Assembly (NCBI GenBank): GCA_009103225.1 | Contig: RHPI01003389.1 | Location: 310,001-374,000 of the forward strand | Length of the DNA stretch: 64,000 nucleotides | Direction of reading: 5' to 3' | Origin: Chlorokybus atmophyticus | Lineage: Eukaryota > Plantae > Mesostigma and Chlorokybus algae | Part shown: positions 37,353 through 47,932 of the stretch, piece by piece | Numbering within the stretch: the first letter of the stretch is position 1 | Layout of the letters: each line of letters starts with the position of its first letter | Translations under genes and position numbers: made by a program | The notes under the pieces: model-generated | Told to the model about the DNA's origin: nothing | Databases searched by the model: none | Seen by the model: the letters and a program-made list of their open reading frames with translations, nothing else

Positions 37353-39010
37353 TGTTCAGTTCACTGTTGTGACTGATCACAACCCGTTGGTGTATTTCTC
37401 AACACAGCAAAACTTGTCGAGACGACAAGCGCGCTGGAATGAGTTTTTGTCCAGGTTTACCTTTGATTGGGTATATCGGCCGGGCAGAACCAATGTGGCG
37501 GACCCTTTAAGTCGTTGCCCGTCATTATTGGCGGTGATGCCTGCGCAATTACTCGCAACACGCAGCACATTGTCTCCTGATGATAAGTTTGTGCAAGCTG
37601 TTGTACAGGGGTACACTTCGGACCCATGGTTTTCGGTTGCAGAAAACTTACAAAAGCTTGACAAACGGGACAATCTGTATTACATGAACAGCAGTTTGGC
37701 AATACCAAACCATGCTGATTTACGCATGAAATGCATAACGGATGTTCACGATCCACCGTATGCTGGGCACTTTGGGGGTCGCAAGACTACCAAGGCAGCG
37801 CAACAGTTGTACTGGTGGCCATCGTTGCCTGTTGACGTGAAGCGCTATGTTGACACGTGTGATAAATGTCAGCGTGACAAACCTTTACGTCAGAAACCCG
37901 TTGAGTTGCTGCAACCTTTGCCTGTTCCTGATGGCAAGTGGGAAAGTGTGAGTATGGATTTAATCACTGAGCTCCCTGAGACAATGTTAGGACACACTGC
38001 GGTTGCAGTTTTTGTGGACCGTTTGACAAAAATGGTTCACATTGTCCCTTGTTGCACGGAAATAGGCTCCCGTAAATGAGCGATGGTTTTTGTCGCCTCT
38101 GTATTTAAGTTGCATGGCTTGCCTCGCGACTTTGTGTCTGTTCGCAATCCGCGATTTGTGGCTCAATTCTGGAAGTCGCTATGCAGCTTCTTACATATTC
38201 AGCAGAATATGAGCACAGCTTATCATCCACAAACGGATGGTCAAACAGAGCGCGTCGTATCAAGTGATTGAAGAAACTTTTCGGCATTATGTGAGTCCGA
38301 ACCAGTCTGATTGGGATATCTATCTTTCAATGGCTGAGTTTGCGATTAACAATGCATGGCAAGAGAGTGTGCAGGAAGCTCCATTTTTCTTGAATTATGG
38401 TATGCATCCACTAAGTCCTGCGAGTATTATAAGTTGCCCGCTACCGACATAACTCGCGTACCTGCAGCACGCGAGATGGCTTCGGCCATGCAGGATAGGT
38501 TAGCGTTGGCAAAGGCCTGTCTGCGCGCAGCGCAAGACAAACAAAAAGCCCATGCTGATGCACATCGCAGAGAGGCCAACTACGATGTGCGCTGTTCAGT
38601 GCTTTTGCGCACTAAAACATATCCATCAAGGGAGTGGGTACCCGTAAGTTTTTCCCTCGCTGGATAGGCCTTTCAAAGTGACTGATCGGATCGGCACTCA
38701 CGCGTATCGGTTGGACTTGCCAAAATCCATACGCATTCATAATGTGTTTCATGTGAGTGTACTAAAACCGTATCGTTCCGACGGTCGGGTTCAACCTCCT
38801 CCACCCCCGGTCGCAGTGGATGGCGACGATACTTTCGTATATGAGGTGGAAGCAATCCTAAGTCACCGTAAGCCTCGACGCGGACGCGCGCCGTTTTACT
38901 TGGTGAAATGGAAAGGGTATGGTGTTACAAGAACACAATACATGGGAGCCCGAAAGGAATCTTACCAACTGCCAAGAGATTCTTCGGGGGTACTGGAGTA
39001 CTGTGTAAGA
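37353..39010 (+). pseudogene. pol: Pol of element A, 3' part (end of RNase H, integrase, chromodomain) with frameshifts and stops
   Basis: 'QFTVVTDHNPL', 'HDPPYAGH...CDKC', 'MDLITELP', 'AYHPQTDGQTER', 'YRLDLP...HNVFHVS', 'YEVEAILSH...YLVKWKGYG' are spread over several frames. Confidence 0.92.
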
Positions 39011-39173
39011 TGTCTGCCAGCACCCTTTTACCGTCCGCACGCGGACGGTAAAAGGGTGCTGGCAGACATCTTTATCGCTTCGGCCCTTATTCTCTCGCTG
39101 CTTTTGTTTCGCAACTCGTGGTGGGGCTTTGCTAACCCTTCAACGAGGACATTGAAACCTAAGTGGGGGGGAA

Positions 39174-39515
39174 TGTAACGGTGTGCTACCTCCATAGAGG
39201 TTCCCCGCCCTTATTTAGGATTAAATAAGGGTCCCAACGGGCTTATGTAGCTTATTAAGCCTTATTAAGGCCGTTAACCTAGTGTTAACGGCCTAATGCA
39301 GTGTGACTTAACTGTGACACTGATATCGGCGTGAGACATGAGTCTCACGCCGATATCAGCCGCATGGCGGCACTGCTAACGCAGTGGCCGCCATAGCCAG
39401 AGCATCTTTTGCTCTGGCAGCTGCCCCGGCAACGGCGGCGGCGGTGGCGTTGGCTGGCTGGTGGTGGTGTTGGGGTAGGGGATTAAAGGGGGCGGTAGCA
39501 CCCCTCCTCCTTACA
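39174..39515 (+). repeat. 3' LTR of element A (PPT at 39161-39173)
   Basis: Follows AAGTGGGGGGGAA; direct repeat of 30075-30416; followed by TSD GCTGG. Confidence 0.96.
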
Positions 39516-39969
39516 GCTGGGGCTGCAACCAATTGTCTCAGCTCTGCATCTCAGACTGGCCGCCTTTATAAACTCACACGCTACTACCAACATATGTAAT
39601 AACTATACTAATTCTACTTGACCCACGCAAACAATGCCAACATACGTGCACGCACCCATGCACAACCAGGCTATCGTCCCTGCCATGGTCGAGGGTCACG
39701 CCGTCTCGGGCACACTGCAGAGCGCTCATGCCGTGGGCATGCTGGTGCTGCGCGCAGCATTAGAGCAACACAAAGACAACCGCCCAGACATAGGCATAGG
39801 CTCGGGGATGAACCTATGTGAGGATCTGATTAGTAGTAGAGGTGGTGACGCTCTCCTTCTTACTGTCCCTACTTTGCTGTAGTACACACAGTTAATAAGC
39901 CCCCCCTAAGGTTCTGCGGTAGCCTCCTACTCTAGGACTCAGCTTTTACTGACTGTGTGGGGAACCGTT

Positions 39970-40110
39970 GATGCGGCAGTCATCGCACCAATACTCCCAC
40001 AACGGCACCTTATCCAATGGAGGGTCAAGGCAGTAACAGTGCATGCCTTGGTTGCAGCCTTCGCATAGCAGTATTACGGGATCGTTGTCGGCGCTGCCAC
40101 AATTCTTGTA
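39970..40110 (-). pseudogene. PHD finger at the integrase C-terminus of element C
   Basis: '(Y)KNCGSADNDPVILLCEGCNQGMHCYCLDPPLDKVPLWEYWCDDC' has C4HC3 spacing; the first Cys reads TAC (Tyr). Confidence 0.9.
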
Positions 40111-41300
40111 GCGGGTGCTTCGCAGCGATCGCGGGTGCTGGATCTTACCAAAGCCAGCAATGTGGGGTAGATGACAGGGCGCGCAGTTCACCATGTTGTC
40201 CTTCATGCGCTCGCCTTGTTGTCTCAGAAGGTCCAATACCCCTGTGGGATACACCTTCAATACCTTATAGACAGCGCGCCCGACGGAGGTGTCGAGGGTG
40301 TCGTGTGTGGCCGCCATACGGTAGACAAAGTCTCTTGGCTGGAAGCGGCGTTGTCGCTTTCTGTAAAAACCGCTGCGCACACGCTCGTAGCGAAGCGTGT
40401 TGCAATGCTGAGCAATGCACAGGTTGTTAAAGGCCATGGGGACAGTGTGCTCGAACAGCGCGTGAGCATCGGGACAGTGTGCTCGAACAGCGCATTGCGC
40501 ACTGTCAGATCATACAGCATTTCGTCGAGGTTGTCGAGATTGTCCGCCACTCTGTTGAGGTCCTCCTGCTGTGCGTGGAAAGGGAGCAATGGCTGCCTTT
40601 CAAACAGCAAACAGTATAGGCTGTACTCCCGCAGTGCTGCCTACTTGGACAGCCGGTATCCCAAACCGGCTACCCATGGGAGGTGGTCATCCCATGTGCT
40701 CTTCGAAGTCGAAGTAGTACTTGCGCAAAGCCTTCTTGATGGTCCGCACGATACCCTCAGCGTCACCATCGGCTTGTGGATGGTCGCGTCAAGTTTGGCG
40801 ATGGTCGATGAAGCATCGGTCGATGAGCTTGTCGAAGGCTCCTCTGAACTCCGTACCTTAGTCGGTGATGACTTCAGCACAGATGCCGAAGCGTCCGAGT
40901 ACATGGGAGAGGAAAGCCTGGGCTACTCCCTCGCTGCTCTTGTCGGGCAGGGGGGCACTAGCTCCACCCACTTGGAGAAGTGCTCAATCATGACGAGGAT
41001 GTAGCGGTTGCCTCGTGATGAGGGCAATAACCCCCAAAGATGTCCAGTGCCCAGCGATAGAACAGTCCCGAGATGGGGAGGGGATGCAAGGTGGCGTTGC
41101 GTGTGTTGAGGCTCACGCGGACCATGTCACACTGCTGATAGTCGCTGACCAACTTGCGCACCTGTTTGTGCACCCCATACAACCAGTATTGAGTCCTAAC
41201 CAAACTGGCCGTGCGCTTAACAACGAAGTGTCCGAGCTCGGTGTGAAGGGCAGCGATGATGCCTTTTTGCGCAGCTGGTGTTAGGACCTCCTTGTCCTCA
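40110..41300 (-). pseudogene. Integrase of element C
   Basis: 'HTELGHFVVKRT...QCDMV'; 'LHPLPISGLFYRWALD'; 'LVMIEHFSKWVEL'; 'ITD*GTEF'; 'RDHPQADGDAEGIVRTIK'; 'WDDHLPWV'. A 23-bp tandem duplication lies at ~40439-40494. Confidence 0.88.
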
Positions 41301-41699
41301 TTCTGTATCCGTCAATATGGTTTGTCGTCGGCCTAGCGATAGAGCTGAGTGCATAAACTGACGCGGTCTTTCTCGCACGTGCTCATACCTGCTGAAAATT
41401 GTCCAGTCCGGAGTGCGAGGGATGGCTTGTCAGGCCAAATGTCCTGTCGTGTGTCGGTGGGTGCCAACTCCTCATCGTCCACCTCAGGGTCGACGGCGAG
41501 CGCTTCTCTGATAAGAGGTCGGTGACGGTGACGATGGGCCCGAAAGAAGGCACGTCCTTGTCTGCTGATGCCTCCGTGGCCTGGGTGTTGCGTCCTGCAC
41601 GTAGCGCAGCGACAGCGAACATGGCCGCTAGGTGTAGCGACATAGAGGTGCGGCTGCAGGACCCAACTCGTGTCGGGCTCCTGTCGCATCGCTGGTGCT

Positions 41700-43000
41700 G
41701 AGGTGGGGGTTGCGTTGCGACTAAGGCCGTCTGCGTTTTGATTGGACAGGCCTGCCCAATGCTCCACCTCACAGTTGTACTCCTGCAGCAGTGGTGCCCA
41801 CCGTGCCAGCTTGCCTGTCAGGTGCTGGTTGGTCATCAATAACTTCAGTGGTTGGTGGTCAGTGATCAGTTGAAACTGCCGTTTAAATAGAAAGAGGCAA
41901 ATGAAGAAGATGGCCCATACCGCTGCGAGACACTCCCCCTCGTAGCTGCTGTAATTGGCCTCAGCGCTTTTGTTGCTGCGGCTAGCATACAATACTACGC
42001 GCTCCTTCTTGTTGTCATCGTGCTGCACGAGCACTGCTCCCATGCCGAGCTTGCTGTAATCCGTGTGCAGGATAAATGACCTGCCGTAGTCAGGTCGCTA
42101 AAAAATGGAAACTGTGGTAAGTCGGAGCTTCGACTCCTTGAAGGCCTCTTATTGTGCCTCTTTCCACGAGAACTTCGTGTCCTTCCTCGGCAATTTGTTG
42201 AGTGGCCGCGCAATCTTCGTGAAGTCCTTGACGAACCATTTGCGCCCACCGTACGTACACATCGTGGGGCACAATCATGTGCCCTAAGTAAGGTACTTTG
42301 TGGGTAAAGAAGGTGCACTTGTCGGGGTGCACCGTCATCCCTACTTCATACAATCTCTGCAGCACCTCCTCGATGAGCCTGAGATGCTCCTCACTGCAAC
42401 TGAAAATGAGGATGTCATCGATGTAGCAGCGTGCAAAGTCAAATTCCTTGAGGGCTTTGTCCATGACGCGCTGGAACTTGGCAGGAGCATTCTTAAGTCC
42501 GAACAGCATGACTTTCCACTGGTACAGCTGCCGGTCGCCCCAGAAGGAGGTCTTGTGCTTGTCCTCCTCCTTGATGGCGTTGTACCCTTGGCGCAGGATG
42601 TCCATGTCCAGGATATTGAAGACTGTACAGTCTCCTACATCATCAAAGATACCTTGCGCAGTTGGCATTGGATACCTGTCGTGCTTGTTGTTGAGGGGGT
42701 GGTAGTCACCGCACATACGCCGGTCCGTCCAATTGCCTGTTGAATACTTCTTCAGGGGTATGACAATTGCGGCCGCAAAGTCCAATGTGGACTCCTCGAT
42801 CAGGCCTGCATCTAGCAGAGCCTTGCACCTCTGCTCCACCAAGTTTTCTTCCAACTTGGGGTGTCTGTACTATCGTCGGCACACCGGTTCGGTGTCCACC
42901 AACTTGATGTCCATCTGGTAAATTGAACAGCTGCCCAACGCCTTCACGCTGAAGCTGAGCTGACTCGTCCACTTGTTGAAGAGAGCCTCAAGTTGTTCTA
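41700..43000 (-). pseudogene. Reverse transcriptase and RNase H of element C
   Basis: 'GNWTDRRMCGDYHPLN', 'DRYPMP', 'FGLKNAPAKFQRVMD', 'YIDD' (42425-42414). RNase H 'LHTDYSKLGMGAVL...NYSSYEGECLAAVWA...TDHQPL'. Confidence 0.92.
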
Positions 43001-43223
43001 ATGGCTGGCTACTAGCGAGCGGTCCGATGGCATGCGAACAGGAGGTAGCGTTGGCGACCACCGGAATGTCCTCCACAATGACTGCTGCCTGCTCTTCCAT
43101 GTGGGCGATCTCAAGGGCGGTGTGTGACGCTTTAGTCTCTCGAACGCGATCAGCCCACCCCCACGCCAGGTGTTTGAGCATTTGGAAGGACACATGGCGG
43201 TGCTGGAGAGCAAAGCACATCTC

Positions 43224-44715
43224 TCACAACCACACCATGCTATTCTGATGCATTGCGCGCCCCAACAACTGACATTGCTGACTGTCGGTCAGCATAAAAC
43301 CTGCGATACTGCTTGAAGAGAATCCCACGGCGCGTGCGCGCTTGCGAGTGCTGGGTTCCTCCAGCCAGCCTGTGTTGGAATTTAACACAGTGCCGTCACC
43401 TCCGTTGCGGAAGGCGTATGAACCTGGGCAAGACACCAGAGAGGGGAGCGCACGGCGCGGTTGACCAGGTTGGATGCAGTGGTAGATGTGCTGGCAATCG
43501 TGTCGCGTAACCGTTTGTGCTGTGCGCCTAGGGTCCAGGATGATGTCGACGGTGAGATTGCGTGGACAACCGCTGTGCACATATTCAGCAGCGAGCGATC
43601 CTCCACTGTGGCCAGGTTGGTCCATTTAACGTGGCCGCGATGAGCATCGGGATCCATGACGCGCTGCGTTAATATTGAGAGGATGCCCCAGCAAGGAGCA
43701 CACCTGTAAAAGGCTGTTGGCCACGTGATGACGCTTATCGTCCTCGGAGTGCACGTTCTCGATGCTGTACCCCAGGGGCCTGAAGATCTAGTTGGTCTGC
43801 AGGAATTTGATGACACACATCAGCTCCCGGAACAGTTGTGAGCGAGGATCAGAAAGTCCTTGGCCTCTGCCTGCTCTGGAGTATCCTTGACACTCCCATT
43901 GTAACGGGAGCAATAATAATAGGGGTATTATTGCTACCTAAATAACACATTTTGTATGAATAAGTTTTTAAATATGCTTATTTATACCTCTTTTCTACGG
44001 TTCCTCGCTTATTAAAGGCTATGATGCTTTATCATAGCTTAAATAAATCCCATTGGGTGTAGATCCGCTTATTCAAGCCTATTTAGTGTCACTTTTGATA
44101 TAATGTGATCACTATCTCGTTAGGTACCTTACGATAGGTATCTTTGAATAGATACCTTATCGATAGGTACCTTATCTAAGCTGTGATTGGCTCACGCTTG
44201 AATTCCTAACTACCCTATCTGTAGGGTCGATGTCTAGTTGTGAGTTAATTATCAAGAGGTATATAGTTGATATACTCTTGATATAAAAGGTCACATCAAT
44301 CTGGTGTGGGGACTTTTCAGTTCTCTGCTCAGTGGCGGCCACGCCGTTGAAAGGCTTGTCATAGGCGGTGTGGGTGTTGGGGTAGAGGATTGAAGGGTTG
44401 TTGGCGGCGACGCCGGCATCTGTTACACCCATCCTGTCATTAACAAGTCAATGTTGCCCACAGCCAGGAGGTGATTGGCAGTGCTTAAGCGGATGTCCTG
44501 TGGTAGTGCCTTCAGACTGCCTTCAGTGCTGATGGTGGCAGCTGCTGCGGGTAGCACTCATATAGGCGGCGCAAATGGTGGCTAAGGGCAATCCGTGCGT
44601 GTGGATCAGGGTCGCAGTAAAGGTACTTGGTGACCATTGCGCCGGTGTTGAGGACAGCGGCGAGGCCACTACCTATACCTCCAAACAGTTCCAACATAGT
44701 GATGCTTTGTTGTCG
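43224..44715 (-). pseudogene. C5 cytosine DNA methyltransferase domain inside element C's polyprotein, split by a solo LTR
   Basis: Motif I 'ITMLELFGGIGSG' (~44700-44665); motif II 'YLYCDPD'; 'PQDI'; motif IV 'DLLMTGW|ECQGYSRAG' (Cys codon 43892-43890); motif VI 'IENV' (43760-43752); motif VIII region 'AHRGHVKWTNL'; motif IX 'EEPSTRKRARAVGF'; motif X 'LLGRAMH'. Confidence 0.88.
43900..44427 (+). mobile_element. Solo LTR of family B
   Basis: TGTAAC...TGTTACA, homologous to 36826-37352; TSD CCCAT at 43895-43899 and 44428-44432; no PBS or PPT adjacent. Confidence 0.96.
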
Positions 44716-45079
44716 GCGAAACACGTCGAACTCCACTACTCTAGTGGCTACTTGATATTGCTCCTGGACTGCAGCTTGGTCCTTATGGAGAGGACACCGT
44801 GCAGTGAGCCGTAGCCTGGTTAGTAATAGATGTGCGACCACTTGTGCGCACCAACGGCGTTCAAATGGTTTCTGTTGGGCCACTTCTTCAGTGGCATCCT
44901 CCTGGGACTCATCGTATGGGATAGGAGAGTCTTGGTTAGGGTTGTGGGTGACTACCGATACTGACCTGTCAGTGGTTGTCGAAGCCGACCAGTAGGTTGC
45001 TATTGCAGCTGACCTTTGGTGAGAGCGAGTGCGAGCCACCAACTCGAGAGGCCAATATTCTTGAACCTTTCCATCCTTG

Positions 45080-45430
45080 TCAACCCAATGGGGACGAAAC
45101 CATGCCTTCTCCGTGTAGCAGTGCAGCCCCATGTCAACAGAAAAGTTGAAGTTGCATCCCAACAGCAGGTCCAAGGATCCTGCGTCGGTGACCACACACT
45201 TTTGTATGACCTTGGTGCTGCGGGAAGAGTCCAACCCTGTCAAGCGAATGCGAGAGGGCCTGCTTGGTGATGCCAATCACCTTATCACGGCTGCAGGTTG
45301 ATGTGTCAAGCACGTTTGGGCAGGTCATCAGCTCAGCGCTGGTGATTCCGAGGTCGCGTGCGAGGTAACGTCCGATGATGACAGGCTGGGCTCCAGAGTC
45401 CAGCACCACGCGCTTGGGTGCTCGACTGTT
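45080..45430 (-). pseudogene. Aspartic protease of element C
   Basis: 'RVVLDSGAQPVIIG' active-site motif and, after a frameshift, the 'LDLLLG' flap/C-terminal motif. Confidence 0.85.
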
Positions 45431-47932
45431 GATGGTAACATGCTTGCCTTGCCTTTGTTAGTGATTATGGCTGCACTGGCGTTGATGCGCAGACGCTTGA
45501 ATCGTCAATAGCGTGTGCGTGGGGTGACTGCTGCTACAGTCTCATACGGTGGTGTCGAGCGCAGTGCGTAAAGAGCCCCTCGATCGGCTGGGTCTTGAGA
45601 ACCTTTTTGTCCGCGGCCTGGCCCGAACTATCTGTCTTGGCTGTTGGTACACTCGCTGCGGTCTGGGTGCTGGCGGTGCTGCCTGTGGCTGCCCTGACTG
45701 TGGAGTAGGGGGATTGCGCCTCGGTGTGGTCGGGGTTATACCTGGCGGTGAGGCCATTGGCTGTGGGGGGAACCCTGGAGGACTGGGTGGTTGTAAACCC
45801 GCCTCGCGTGCAGCCTGTTCTTCTACATAGGTCCAGTGTACAGCATGAGCCGCCTCCCTGATCAATGTACCTTCCCATGTGGCTGTTGATTGTTGACCAC
45901 GTCACTGCAGCGATGGTTCTAAGGCATGGGCTGAAGATACACTGCGCGCAAGAGCCGCGCTCGTATGTCGCGGGCTAAGGTGGAATCCCTTAGGATCCCT
46001 GCCATGTAGGCATCCCATCTGCCATTAACCACCCCCAATTCTAGCACCGTTGTTACTCGTGCATGCACAGTGCGGTAAATCTTTGGCTGTTAAACGTGCT
46101 GCTCATAATCAGCTGCGATGCGTCCGCGTGGTCGCGCTGCTTTCACTCTTGGCAACCTCAGTATGGCCTCTTGAGCTCCTTCCAAGGTGTCAGTGGCTGC
46201 CGAGGCCACCTCATCATATATATAGGCTATATAGGCTATATAAGCTTGCCGTAGCGAGCGAAGCAAGGCGTCCAACCATAAGAATCTGGTGCCAATCGCG
46301 AACAAAGGGACTGCGGGGTGACTAGTGACTAGATAAGTCACTAGTCTCACTCGCGCTGCATTGCAACCTTGTCGCATCCCCATCATCTGTCTCAGACCGA
46401 TGCCTTCTTGTCGATGTAGTATGGTTGCTTGTCGCAACAGGGCAATGCGAACTTGCTGTTTTCCAACTAGGCCTGCTCCATCCCGCCGTGTACACCCTTG
46501 TGGTGTAAGGTAGCCTCTCCCTGGGTCTCGTTGACCGTCAGGCAAATTTTCCATTAAAGCGGGTAGCAGCGGGGCGATCACCCCCCTGGTTTGTTGGGCC
46601 AGCGCCCTCGCTTGGTCACTGTCGGTCTCAATGGCGAGAGGTGTAGTGCTAGACGAAAGGATTGTTGGTTGAGGAACGGAAGCGCGAGCAGCGGCAAGGG
46701 CTTGCGCTCGTGCATTGATGGCTGCAGTTTGGTCCTGTCGCCAGGTGAACGCTTGTTCCAGAGCGGTGTAGCGCTCGTGAAGCCGAATAATACTGAGGGG
46801 CCTCAGTGCTTTGTCGTTACCCAAAGGCATGTCAGCTGCATCACTGGTGTGCTGCACATTGGGTTGCCGGTCTCGATACGTGTCCAGCGGACTTGGCTCG
46901 AAAAGCTCGTAACAAACTCGTACGGGCTGGCGTGGCGCGGTCTACATGTTGTCATGCAGAGAACAGTTGCCGGGCCAACTCCAGCACAACAGGTTCCAAC
47001 CACAAAGATGTGGTCTCGTATGGGAGGCGCCGTGTCGGCGAGATTTTTATCCTCCAGTTGCCGCTGGGTTTGCTCTGGCAGGGTGTGATGTTCAGGCAAC
47101 GCGATCACTGCGTTCAACGCGCGTGGTGCGCTGTCCTCCTTTCTCATAAGCATTGGTGGTGAGATCTGCTCCACGCACGATGGTGTCCCATGAGCGCTCA
47201 GCTTGCTGACCTTGCGGGACAGCCTGAGTGGCGTCGAGGGCGGAATGTAGCTGCCCGCGTCGCTGCAGTGGCAGCGGACTCGACGATGACACTGGCAGTG
47301 GTTGCAATAGTGCCGGTCAGTGGCGCGAGAATGGTCTCAACGCTCGTTGACACAGGTGGTCCTGCAACTGGAGCGGGACCGGTGCGATTTTCTGCTGCAA
47401 AATAGGTGACAACAGCGGCTGTCGCCATTGCGCTCACCAGTATTAGCGTCACGGTGCCCACTGATGTATTAACTCCTTGTGCAACTGGAGTAGTTGCACA
47501 AGGACGTTGACAGAGTCGACGTCGTAGCCGGTGTGGCTATTGCTGCTGATGCAGCACCACTGGTGGCTTTTGAGGAAGTAACTGCTGACGATGTTGCGGC
47601 TTCCCCTTGTGCTCGTTGGGATGGTTAAACACGTGACGGAGTGCTCGAGTCTCGCGTGCGCTTTGGAGCCATCAATGCCCATCGGGCAAAGTAGCGGGCG
47701 CGGTAGTCCTGCTCCGAACAGGACAGGAGTGATCTTCCTCCAAGCGTGCCATACGCGCCACGAGGGCAGCAATATGGTCATCAGCTGGTGGGTTGGCTGG
47801 AGCCTTGGCGGCAACAGCAGCAGCGCGCGGACGTCCTTCCAGTCCCTTGCGCTAAGGAGGACAATCCTTCCCCCTGTAGCCTTGCGAGCGTTGGCGTAGT
47901 TGTTGTTGTTGATATGGCCTCCGGTGTGGTTG

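Larger units (their letters stand above)
30075..39515 (+). mobile_element. Element A: full-length Ty3/gypsy chromovirus LTR retrotransposon, inactivated and carrying nested element B
   Basis: 342-bp LTRs TGTAAC...CTTACA at 30075-30416 and 39174-39515 (9 mismatches by manual count). 5-bp TSD GCTGG at 30070-30074 and 39516-39520. PBS, gag, pol, chromodomain and PPT are in canonical order. Confidence 0.97.

Noticed and set aside
40171-42743. Long plus-strand ORFs (277 aa, 147 aa) over element C
   Set aside because: Antisense shadows of the integrase and RT coding frames.
44172-44432. 86-aa antisense ORF inside the solo LTR
   Set aside because: Its start codon comes from the flanking TSD, and it overlaps the TATA/U5 region with no recognisable domain.
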